64,000 nt of DNA from Oscillospiraceae bacterium (GTDB lineage: Bacteria > Bacillota > Clostridia > Oscillospirales > Ruminococcaceae), in assembly GCA_017513135.1 (NCBI GenBank), contig JAFWDH010000020.1:40965-104964 (forward strand), in the 5' to 3' direction. Numbering within the stretch: the first letter of the stretch is position 1; every line of letters begins with the position of its first letter. A program made the position numbers and the translations under genes. Below the pieces are notes generated by a model that worked only from the letters and a program-made list of their open reading frames with translations, was not told the DNA's origin and searched no databases. Positions 47,075-55,361 of this stretch are shown here, piece by piece.

Positions 47075-48595
47075 ATGAATGCAGTCGAGATGCTCGGCAT
47101 AACCAAGAGATTTAACGGTGTTCCGGCTAACGATAACGTGGATTTTTATGTGGAAAAAGGCGAGATCCACTCACTGCTGGGGGAGAACGGAGCCGGAAAG
47201 ACGACTCTCATGAACATACTGTTCGGTATGTACAGGGCGGACAGCGGAATCATAAAGATAAACGGAAACGAGGTACGGATCACCTCGCCGCGCACGGCCA
47301 TCGAGAACGGGATATCGATGGTGCATCAGCATTTTATGCTGGTGGACTCACTGACGGTGACAGAGAACATAGTACTCGGACAGGAACCAAAGAAGGGGCC
47401 TTTCTTTGATCTGGAAGGAGCCTTCAGACAGATCGGCGAGCTTGCCGACAGATATCATTTCAAGGTAGATCCGAGAGCCAGAATAAGGGATCTGTCCGTC
47501 GGTGTCAGGCAGAGGGTGGAGATACTGAAAGCGCTTTACCACCAGGCTGAGATACTGATACTGGATGAACCTACAGCCGTACTGACTCCTCAGGAAGTAG
47601 ACGATCTGTTTACTGTACTGAAAGGACTCAAGGCGGACGGGAAAACAGTCATTATAATCACTCACAAGCTCAAGGAGACCATAGCAGTTGCGGATTCGGT
47701 CACCATACTGAGAAAAGGAAGGAAGATCACAAGACTGCCCATCAGCGAAGTCGACGAACAGAAACTCGCCGATCTGATGGTCGGCAGATTTGTGGATCTC
47801 GGGATCAGGAAAAAAGACCTTAGGGCTGACAGACCTGTAAAGATCAGTCTGGAAGATATAGTTTTGAAGAAGAACGGCAGGAATGTACTGGATCACGTCT
47901 CTCTTGAGATGCGTTCAGGAGAGATCCTCGGAATAGCCGGAGTGGAGGGCAACGGTCAGACGGAACTGATCGAGGTCATCACAGGGATAGAGAGAGGCTA
48001 CACCGGGAAAATGACACTGGACGGCAATGACATCACCGGTACGGATGCCTCCGGAATGCTGAAGGTGCTGGGACATATTCCGGAAGACAGGGGGATGAGA
48101 GGGTATATAAGCAGTTTCACGAACTGGGAGAACCTCATCCTTGGTTACCATACACTGCCTCAGTATATGACCGGGCAGGGACTGCTGAGAACTAAACAGA
48201 TACGTGGTGAGGCAGAGAAAGCTATCGAAGATTACGATATCCGCACGGAAGGCATAGATCAGCTTACAGGCTCACTTTCAGGAGGAAACCAGCAGAAACT
48301 GATCGTAGGACGTGCTCTTAAGCATCACAACGGTGTACTTGTTGCCGCTCAGCCCACGCGGGGAGTGGACATCGGGGCGATAGAGTACATACACTCGCAG
48401 CTTATGGATGTCAGGGACAAGGGAGGAGCGGTGATCCTTATATCTGCAGATCTTGATGAGATAGTCAAGCTTTCGGACAGGATCGCCGTCATATACGAAG
48501 GCAGGATAGCAGCCTGCAGGCCGGCCTCGGGATTTACGGAATCAGAGCTTGGAGCCTATATGCTGGGAAAGATGGGTGATTCTGATGAAGAATAG
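47075..48595 (+). CDS. ABC transporter ATP-binding protein, duplicated ATPase (nucleoside/sugar CUT2 type)
   Basis: GENGAGKTT Walker A, LSVGVRQRVEI and LSGGNQQKLIV signatures, ILILDEPT. 506 aa. Confidence 0.9.
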   Translation: MNAVEMLGITKRFNGVPANDNVDFYVEKGEIHSLLGENGAGKTTLMNILFGMYRADSGIIKINGNEVRITSPRTAIENGISMVHQHFMLVDSLTVTENIVLGQEPKKGPFFDLEGAFRQIGELADRYHFKVDPRARIRDLSVGVRQRVEILKALYHQAEILILDEPTAVLTPQEVDDLFTVLKGLKADGKTVIIITHKLKETIAVADSVTILRKGRKITRLPISEVDEQKLADLMVGRFVDLGIRKKDLRADRPVKISLEDIVLKKNGRNVLDHVSLEMRSGEILGIAGVEGNGQTELIEVITGIERGYTGKMTLDGNDITGTDASGMLKVLGHIPEDRGMRGYISSFTNWENLILGYHTLPQYMTGQGLLRTKQIRGEAEKAIEDYDIRTEGIDQLTGSLSGGNQQKLIVGRALKHHNGVLVAAQPTRGVDIGAIEYIHSQLMDVRDKGGAVILISADLDEIVKLSDRIAVIYEGRIAACRPASGFTESELGAYMLGKMGDSDEE

Positions 48596-49664
48596 GATTC
48601 TGGATTTTTTCAAGAGAAGTCAGATACTGGTATCGGCGGCATCTCTTATCCTGGCGCTGCTAATCTGCGGTGCCGTTATAATCATCTGCGGATACTCGCC
48701 GCTGGAAGCATACGGAGCAATGCTGAAAGGCGCCTTCGGCAGCAAGTATTATTTCTCACAGACGCTGGGTACGATGATACCGCTGGTGTTCTCCGGACTA
48801 GCCATGCTTATGGCTGTCAAGGTCGGTATATTTAATATCGGAATAGAAGGACAGATGCTGGTTGGTTCGTTCGCGGCAGCTGTCGCCGGAAGATACATCA
48901 CCGGGCTTCCCAAGATCATCCATCTGCCTCTGGCACTGCTTGCCGGAGCTGTGATCGGAGGACTCTGGGCGCTGATCGCGGCATGGCTCAAGAACGCGCT
49001 CGGGATCAACGAGGTCATTCTGACTATCATGCTCAACTACGTCGCACAGTATATAGTTTCATATCTCGTCTCATACCCGTTCCACGCAGAGGGTAATGTT
49101 GTCAGGACAGAAGAGATACAGCCGACTGCATCAATGACGACGATGGTTGCCCACACAAGGCTCTATACCGGGATATTTCTGGCTGTAGCAGCTACCGCAC
49201 TTATATGGCTGATGCTGAGATATACCAGATTCGGATACGAGCTCAGAGCTGTCGGAAGCAACAGCTCCGCTGCCGAGACTGCCGGCATAAACGCAAAGAA
49301 GTACATCCTTGCGGCGATGTTCCTGTCAGGGGCTCTAGCGGGACTCGGCGGCGCGGGAGAGGTACTGGGGTACTGGGGATACTACATACCGACGATGACT
49401 CAGGGCTACGGCTTTGACGGGATCGCGATCGCGACAATGGGCCGCAGTCAGCCCCTCGGTACGTTGATATCGGCGTTCCTGTTCGGCGCATTGAGGAACG
49501 GGGCTACGGGAATGAACCGGTCTACGAGCATACCGGGAGAACTCATCGAAGTTCTGGAAGGACTTGTCATTCTCTTCGTGTCGACACCGGGGATTTTCAG
49601 GGCGGCAAGGAAGATCATCAGAGCAAGGAATGAAAGGAGACCGGGCAATGGAATTTCTGCTTAA
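48585..49664 (+). CDS. ABC transporter permease (CUT2 family)
   Basis: ATG 48585 overlaps the ATPase stop by 11 nt. Polytopic, with IFNIGIEGQM and GFDGIAIA motifs typical of BMP-system permeases. Confidence 0.85.
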   Translation: MKNRILDFFKRSQILVSAASLILALLICGAVIIICGYSPLEAYGAMLKGAFGSKYYFSQTLGTMIPLVFSGLAMLMAVKVGIFNIGIEGQMLVGSFAAAVAGRYITGLPKIIHLPLALLAGAVIGGLWALIAAWLKNALGINEVILTIMLNYVAQYIVSYLVSYPFHAEGNVVRTEEIQPTASMTTMVAHTRLYTGIFLAVAATALIWLMLRYTRFGYELRAVGSNSSAAETAGINAKKYILAAMFLSGALAGLGGAGEVLGYWGYYIPTMTQGYGFDGIAIATMGRSQPLGTLISAFLFGALRNGATGMNRSTSIPGELIEVLEGLVILFVSTPGIFRAARKIIRARNERRPGNGISA

Positions 49665-50565
49665 ACTGCTGGCAGGAGCGATCCGAGTCACTATACCTAT
49701 AGCATACGCCGCGCTTGCAGGCATGATCGCTGAGCGCGCCGGTGTGGTCAATATGGGCCTTGAGGGAATGATGCTTTTCGGAGCATTTTTCTCAGTCGTG
49801 GGGTCCTATGTATCAGGGTCAGCGTGGGTCGGCCTTCTGTTCGCTATGGCAGCAGGTGCGGTCACGGGACTTCTTATGGCCGTCTTCGCTATCGGGTTCA
49901 AATGCGAGCATATGATAACCGGAGTCGCTGTAAACATGTTCGCAAGCGGCATGACAGTGGTGCTGCTGCAGATGATATGGGGTACGAGAGGCAAGTCTTC
50001 CACAGTGGACGGGCTCGGCGTAGTGAGCATCCCGGTCATAAACAGGATACCGGTGATCAAGGATCTTATAGGCAGCGTTTCACCGCTTTTCTATCTGCTG
50101 ATACTGTGCACTGCGCTGCTCTGGCTGGTATTGTACAAAACACCTGCCGGGCTCAGGGTCAGGGTAGTCGGAGACAACCCGTTCATGGCCGGTTCCATGG
50201 GCGTCAACGTTTACAAGATCCAGTACATCTGCATGATGGTCAGCGGAGCGCTCGCCGGTATGGGAGGAGCGTACCTTTCAATAGGCGATATCTATATGTT
50301 CAGCAAGGATATGGTCGCAGGACGCGGGTATATCGCGCTTTCTATGGTCATTCTCGGAGGATGGAAGCCTGTGCCTGTTGCAGTCTGCGGACTCGTGTAC
50401 GGTATTGCGCAGAGCCTCCAGTTCAGGATACAGTCGGTATCCATACCTTCTCAGCTTGTCCAGATGCTGCCGTACGCAGTGACCATTATCGTGCTGTTCT
50501 TTGCAAAGAAAGGCGCCGAAGCTCCGGCTATGGAAGGAGTCCATTACTATCAGAAGGGTGAATGA
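49648..50565 (+). CDS. ABC transporter permease (CUT2 family), second subunit
   Basis: AAAGGAGA RBS. ATG 49648 overlaps the upstream permease gene by 17 nt. AERAGVVNMGLEGMM motif. Confidence 0.85.
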   Translation: MEFLLKLLAGAIRVTIPIAYAALAGMIAERAGVVNMGLEGMMLFGAFFSVVGSYVSGSAWVGLLFAMAAGAVTGLLMAVFAIGFKCEHMITGVAVNMFASGMTVVLLQMIWGTRGKSSTVDGLGVVSIPVINRIPVIKDLIGSVSPLFYLLILCTALLWLVLYKTPAGLRVRVVGDNPFMAGSMGVNVYKIQYICMMVSGALAGMGGAYLSIGDIYMFSKDMVAGRGYIALSMVILGGWKPVPVAVCGLVYGIAQSLQFRIQSVSIPSQLVQMLPYAVTIIVLFFAKKGAEAPAMEGVHYYQKGE

Positions 50566-50591
50566 TCAATTGATTACGGGAGAATCAGAAT

Positions 50592-51869
50592 ATGAAGGTT
50601 TTTCAGAACGCATGCATAGTAACAGTAAACAGCAGCTTTGATGTCATCGAAAAAGGGACGCTTGCAGTCGAAGGAAAAAAGATAGTTTATGTCGGACCGC
50701 GCAGGGATTATCCGGATGCCGAGATATTCGACTGTTCCGGGAAAGTCATTATGCCGGGATTCGTCAACGGACACGCGCATATGCCGATGATATTCTTCAG
50801 GGGGTATACCGATGATCTTAACCTCCAGGACTGGCTGTGGCAGAGGATATTCCCGCTGGAATCCAGGCATACACCGGATACGGAGTATCACGGAGCGCTG
50901 GCAGCAGCTGCCGAGCTTACAAGGACAGGAACCACGACAGTCAATGACATGTACTATCACGGGGAATATGTGGCAAGGGCTCTAAAAGAAGCGGGGCTGT
51001 CAGGAACGGTATCTTCCTGTCTGATGAGTTCGAACGAGCAGGCCGAGTCTGTACTGAGAAGTGCGCTGGATCTTGCGGACCGATATAAAGACGATGAGGA
51101 TATAAGGGTTGCCATAGCCCCTCATGCCGAGTACACGTGCACCCCCGAAGATCTGAGATACTGGGGTGAGACAGCGGCAAAGGCAGGGCTGCCGATACAC
51201 ATCCACTGCAGTGAAACAAGATCGGAGCATGAAGAATGTGTCGCAAGACACGGCATGACCCCGGTTGAACTGTTCGAGAGCCTCGGTATGATGGAAACTC
51301 ATATGCTTCTTGCCCACTGCGTGTACATAACAGAAAATGATATGGATGTCATAAAAAAGCACGGGGCTTCCGTGCTCCATAACCCCATATCAAACCTCAA
51401 GCTTGCCAGCGGCGTGGCGCCGATCCCGAAGATGCTGGAGAAGGGGCTCAAAGTAGCTATCTCCACTGACGGACCTGCCAGCAACAATACCCAGGATATG
51501 TGGGAGGAGATGAGAGTCGCAGCTCTTGTCCACAAGGGATATCTCAGGGATCCTCTCGTTATGAATGCTAAGACATCCCTTTACCATGCTACAAAAGGCG
51601 CGGCGCTGGCTCTCGGGTACAATGACCGCGGGTCTCTTGAAGAAGGGATGAGGGCTGATTTCGTGGTTTTCAGGACAGATTCTCCTGCTATGGATATCCG
51701 TACAGATATAGTCAACCTGATCGTTTACAGCGGAAACTCCCGTGACATAGTGATGACTGTGGCAGGCGGAGAGGTCCTGTACGACAGCGGTGAGTACAGG
51801 AAGCTTGATATAGAAAAGGTCATGGGAGATGCCAGAAATGACTTTGAGACCATATTCCGTGACAGGTGA
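50592..51869 (+). CDS. Amidohydrolase-superfamily deaminase, MtaD/SAH-MTA deaminase-like
   Basis: PGFVNGHAHMPM metal ligands, ...HIHCSET..., ...HCVY..., ISTDGPASNN. 425 aa, chlorohydrolase/MtaD subgroup look. Confidence 0.7.
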   Translation: MKVFQNACIVTVNSSFDVIEKGTLAVEGKKIVYVGPRRDYPDAEIFDCSGKVIMPGFVNGHAHMPMIFFRGYTDDLNLQDWLWQRIFPLESRHTPDTEYHGALAAAAELTRTGTTTVNDMYYHGEYVARALKEAGLSGTVSSCLMSSNEQAESVLRSALDLADRYKDDEDIRVAIAPHAEYTCTPEDLRYWGETAAKAGLPIHIHCSETRSEHEECVARHGMTPVELFESLGMMETHMLLAHCVYITENDMDVIKKHGASVLHNPISNLKLASGVAPIPKMLEKGLKVAISTDGPASNNTQDMWEEMRVAALVHKGYLRDPLVMNAKTSLYHATKGAALALGYNDRGSLEEGMRADFVVFRTDSPAMDIRTDIVNLIVYSGNSRDIVMTVAGGEVLYDSGEYRKLDIEKVMGDARNDFETIFRDR

Positions 51870-51874
51870 GTAAA

Positions 51875-52429
51875 ATGATCAATCCTTACAAAAATATCAG
51901 CAGACCGGATCCGGAAGAGGCAGAACGCAGAGCAGAAAAGCTTAGGGTCTCCTTTGCCGATGATTATGAGAAATCGGCAAGGGGAGAGAGCATACGCCCA
52001 AGACTTGGCGATCTCATGTCAATACAGTACATGAGGGAGAGGCAGACGCTCACCTTCATACTTCATCCGGAACTTAAGGAAACGGCATATGAGATCGGTT
52101 ACAGGATCGGAAGAGACATATGTTCGGATATGATCAGGGGAAAGACGCTTCCGGAGATAATGCAGAGCAACCAGCCCATAGCGGAGTCCATAAACTACGC
52201 CTTCGAGGAGGTAGTTGAGGCGGATGAACACCATGCAGTATACCGTCATTATGAATGTGCGGACTGTTACGGACTTCCGGATATCCACGAAAAGGTCTGC
52301 GTGTACGAAGCCGGAGTCGCAGCGGGAATGTTCTCAGAGGCACTTGGAAGAGAGTGCGTGGTGACAGAGCAGAAGTGCTGTGCCAACGGGGATCCGTACT
52401 GCGAGTTCCTCGTGGAAGTAGTGGATTGA
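51875..52429 (+). CDS. Stand-alone V4R (4-vinyl-reductase) small-molecule-binding domain protein
   Basis: C-terminus VCVYEAGVAAGMFSEALGRECVVTEQKCCANGDPYCEFLV is the V4R signature (E..C.a.GD..C.F). Start is ATG 51875 after AGGTGAG, or GTG 51866 overlapping the deaminase stop. Confidence 0.7.
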   Translation: MINPYKNISRPDPEEAERRAEKLRVSFADDYEKSARGESIRPRLGDLMSIQYMRERQTLTFILHPELKETAYEIGYRIGRDICSDMIRGKTLPEIMQSNQPIAESINYAFEEVVEADEHHAVYRHYECADCYGLPDIHEKVCVYEAGVAAGMFSEALGRECVVTEQKCCANGDPYCEFLVEVVD

Positions 52430-52484
52430 AGTCGATACACGAATGTGAAATAATATCGACAGTAGAAATAACGGTTATGGAGAC

Positions 52485-52703
52485 ATGCAAATGGAAGAAC
52501 TGATGCCCTGCCCGATCTGTCACGAGGATTGCGCTTTCATAGAAACAGAAGGAAACTGGTGTGTTTATGTGCAGTGCGGTCACTGCGGTACACATACTGC
52601 ATTCCATTCATTTGACAGCGATGAGAGCAAAAAGCGTGCTGAAGAAAACGTGGTCCACCTTTGGAACATGGGGAAAGTGATAGCAGAGGCACGTACTGAA
52701 TAA
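52485..52703 (+). CDS. Small zinc-ribbon protein, Lar-family-like
   Basis: 72 aa. CPIC...(17 aa)...CGHC ribbon, followed by ...HLWNMG, reminiscent of the CPFCG...C..CG...WN.R pattern of Lar-type proteins. Confidence 0.4.
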   Translation: MQMEELMPCPICHEDCAFIETEGNWCVYVQCGHCGTHTAFHSFDSDESKKRAEENVVHLWNMGKVIAEARTE

Positions 52704-52728
52704 GGACGAATAATACAGCATACAGCAA

Positions 52729-52762
52729 GGCGCTCCCTCCGGAAGAAGGGAGCGCCGTTTTT
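52729..52762. terminator. Bidirectional terminator between the nucleoside operon and the VWA operon
   Basis: GGCGCTCCCT-(8 nt)-AGGGAGCGCC followed by GTTTTTT. Confidence 0.85.
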
Positions 52763-52787
52763 TATGTTTGTATCAATGATTTCGGAT

Positions 52788-55361
52788 TCAGCCTTTGGAG
52801 AATATTCCTCTGATATCTGCCCACCGCAGCTTGCGTATCGCGATATCTGCGAGAAGGATCACACAGCTCAGCGCGGCAATGATCGTGATCGGATCAAAGT
52901 ACACTGTAGCATCGGGCGACCTGGCAGCAACAAGGGCATCGGGATCGTCTGAGATCATGCCGCCCGTCTGGCTTGTGATGGATTCGATCACAGAGGTGCC
53001 GTCGGGAGAGAAGGAGTCGTATTCATCAGAGTAATCGACGGAAAAGAACGAATTCGAGTAGTCAAGGATGTTTCCTGCCTGATCCTTCATGGCGAATGTC
53101 ACATCGTATGCGCCTTCTCTGTCGGTAATGAAGGAGCACTTAAAGGTGTTTTTCTGAGCCGGATACATCTGTATCGTATGGCTGCCGTAGAGGTTCGAGA
53201 CCTGAATCTCGGCAGTGACGGGGACATCGGTGCCGGCCGTGTGCAGTACGACTGATACTATCCTGCCCTTGTGGGTGATGTCAGCGGTCATCGCTGACCC
53301 GTGCGGCTCATTTGAAAGCGTTGTGGACACCATTCTGCGGATCATGGTCCTGGCACTCTCCGAGTCAAACCATGATGAACACCATCTGTCGGTAAGGTCG
53401 GAGGTAAAGACAGCGGCTTTGCCTTTTCCGGCATCGTTGACCGCATAGACCGGAACACCGTCGGAAGTGATGATCCAGGGTGAATGGCCTGCTTTCATAA
53501 CAGCGGGCATAAGACCTTTTACAGAAGGGAGATCTTCGCGGGAAAAACCTTCAGTTATGACATTGCTCTCTGCGATGCTGAGAGAGTATTCGCCGAGCTG
53601 AACGGCGCTCATCGACTGTTTTTCTGCCTCTCCAAGGATTATGTCGGGCAGATCATCCGCTGTAGTAGCGTAAGAGAAATGGCCGCAGCCGTCCTGGGCA
53701 AGTCCCGCAAGCACTGTGGAAGGGAATCCCATACCGACAGTGGAGACTGTGATCCCGTCGGCTGCCATCTGTTTTGCGACAGTGCTGTATACCGTGTCAG
53801 CGGGGCCGCCGTCGGAAAGGAGAACGGCTATCCTTACGGCAGCGTCACAGTTATAAAGCTCGGAATAGGCGATCTGAAGCGGCCTGGAATAGATCGTCTG
53901 ATTCATTGTGGTGGAAGCAGAGATGTTTTCTACCAGCTGCTGTTTGAACACTTCAGTCGCGGGAGACAGCGGGGCCTTTAGGGAAGCGAACTGGTTGAAT
54001 GTGACCAGACCGCAGTAGTCATTTGATGTCAGAGCCTCGACGACTTTCGTTCCGCCTTCCTTTGCCATGGCAATATAATTTCCTGCCATACTCAGAGAAG
54101 TGTCAAGAAGTATCATTATGGCGACGGAATCGCCCTTGCTCTGCTCGGGAACAGTGAAGTCGACCGGCATGATGGACTCAACGGCAGTGCCCACCATGTT
54201 GCCGTACATGAACGTTGAACCTCCTCCGCAAAGCAGAAGAGACCGGCCTTGTATCTCCACATAGTCATGCAGAAGACCGTCATAACCTTCCGGAAGGTTT
54301 GCCATATCGATGTTGAGAAGGATCACGGCATCGTAGTTGCAGAGCTCTATCATGGTCTTCGGACAGGTGCGCGGGATCTCGACTATGACAGTGTACTCAT
54401 CGGAAAGGAGCTGCTTAAGAGGCTCTGCGTCAGCGGCGGTGTTTGCGATCACAAGGATCGAAGTGGAGTTTGATGCATTGACACAGCAGTAACCGATATC
54501 ATTCCGGTTGTTTGAGTTATACTGCTCGCCCGCGGAGACCGTAACATTGAACGTGTGTTTGCCCGCTTCCTCTATGGGCATGCGGAATTCAACTGTATTG
54601 ACGCCTTCTCTGACGGTAGTGCGTATCGCTTTTAGCTCATATGCGCTTCGGTTGAGCCTCATGACTACCGGCGCATCGCATGTGCTGATCACGGTCGCGG
54701 TTATGGATATCTCATCTCCTACGTGCGCACCGCTCGGGCATTTTACGGATTCGATCTGTATATCGTTCGTTTTCAGAGCTGTGTCCAGATGTAATGCATC
54801 AACGCGTATTCCTCTGTTCAGGAGGAATTTTACTGCGGCTTCCGAATTTCCCTCTGTTTCTCTGCCGTCGGAGATCAGGATGACCCTTTTTGCGCTGTTT
54901 TGGGGAAACATCATCGATGCATGTTCCAGAGCGTTCTCCAGGTTGGTTGCACTCGGTATGACCTGATCTGTTGCCCGTATCGTTCCGGCATCGGATCCGA
55001 AATCAAGAGAAGTGGATGCCAGCTCGCCGAAGAGCACGGCAGCCACATCGGTCTCCCCATGCATCCTGTCATACAGCTGCTGAGCAGTCTCTACCGCCTC
55101 AACATCTGCGGATGTAACGCTTGCAGACTGGTCGACCAGGATCACTACTGCCTGCCTGGATGTTATCGAGGAGAACTGCATGCCGGCGATGGCTAAGATC
55201 AGAAGCAGCGCAAGAACCGCGTTCATCACGGCCGGAACGGTCTTTTTAACGGTCCGCCTTTTCTTCGTGATCCTGAATAGGGGAATAAGGATCAGCACCA
55301 GGGCAGGGATGAAAAAAAGCAGACGCAGGGGATACTGAAAACTGATATCAAAGTTCTTCAC
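52788..55361 (-). CDS. Large membrane protein with two VWA (MIDAS) domains
   Basis: N-terminal TM pair. VILVDQSASV...ILISDGRETEG (VWA 1). A central block ILVIANTAAD...YDAVILLNID...LLLCGGGSTF. ILLDTSLSMAG...VLLSDGGPAD (VWA 2). C-terminal TM IIAALSCVILLADIAI. Confidence 0.7.
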   Translation of the reverse strand: MKNFDISFQYPLRLLFFIPALVLILIPLFRITKKRRTVKKTVPAVMNAVLALLLILAIAGMQFSSITSRQAVVILVDQSASVTSADVEAVETAQQLYDRMHGETDVAAVLFGELASTSLDFGSDAGTIRATDQVIPSATNLENALEHASMMFPQNSAKRVILISDGRETEGNSEAAVKFLLNRGIRVDALHLDTALKTNDIQIESVKCPSGAHVGDEISITATVISTCDAPVVMRLNRSAYELKAIRTTVREGVNTVEFRMPIEEAGKHTFNVTVSAGEQYNSNNRNDIGYCCVNASNSTSILVIANTAADAEPLKQLLSDEYTVIVEIPRTCPKTMIELCNYDAVILLNIDMANLPEGYDGLLHDYVEIQGRSLLLCGGGSTFMYGNMVGTAVESIMPVDFTVPEQSKGDSVAIMILLDTSLSMAGNYIAMAKEGGTKVVEALTSNDYCGLVTFNQFASLKAPLSPATEVFKQQLVENISASTTMNQTIYSRPLQIAYSELYNCDAAVRIAVLLSDGGPADTVYSTVAKQMAADGITVSTVGMGFPSTVLAGLAQDGCGHFSYATTADDLPDIILGEAEKQSMSAVQLGEYSLSIAESNVITEGFSREDLPSVKGLMPAVMKAGHSPWIITSDGVPVYAVNDAGKGKAAVFTSDLTDRWCSSWFDSESARTMIRRMVSTTLSNEPHGSAMTADITHKGRIVSVVLHTAGTDVPVTAEIQVSNLYGSHTIQMYPAQKNTFKCSFITDREGAYDVTFAMKDQAGNILDYSNSFFSVDYSDEYDSFSPDGTSVIESITSQTGGMISDDPDALVAARSPDATVYFDPITIIAALSCVILLADIAIRKLRWADIRGIFSKG

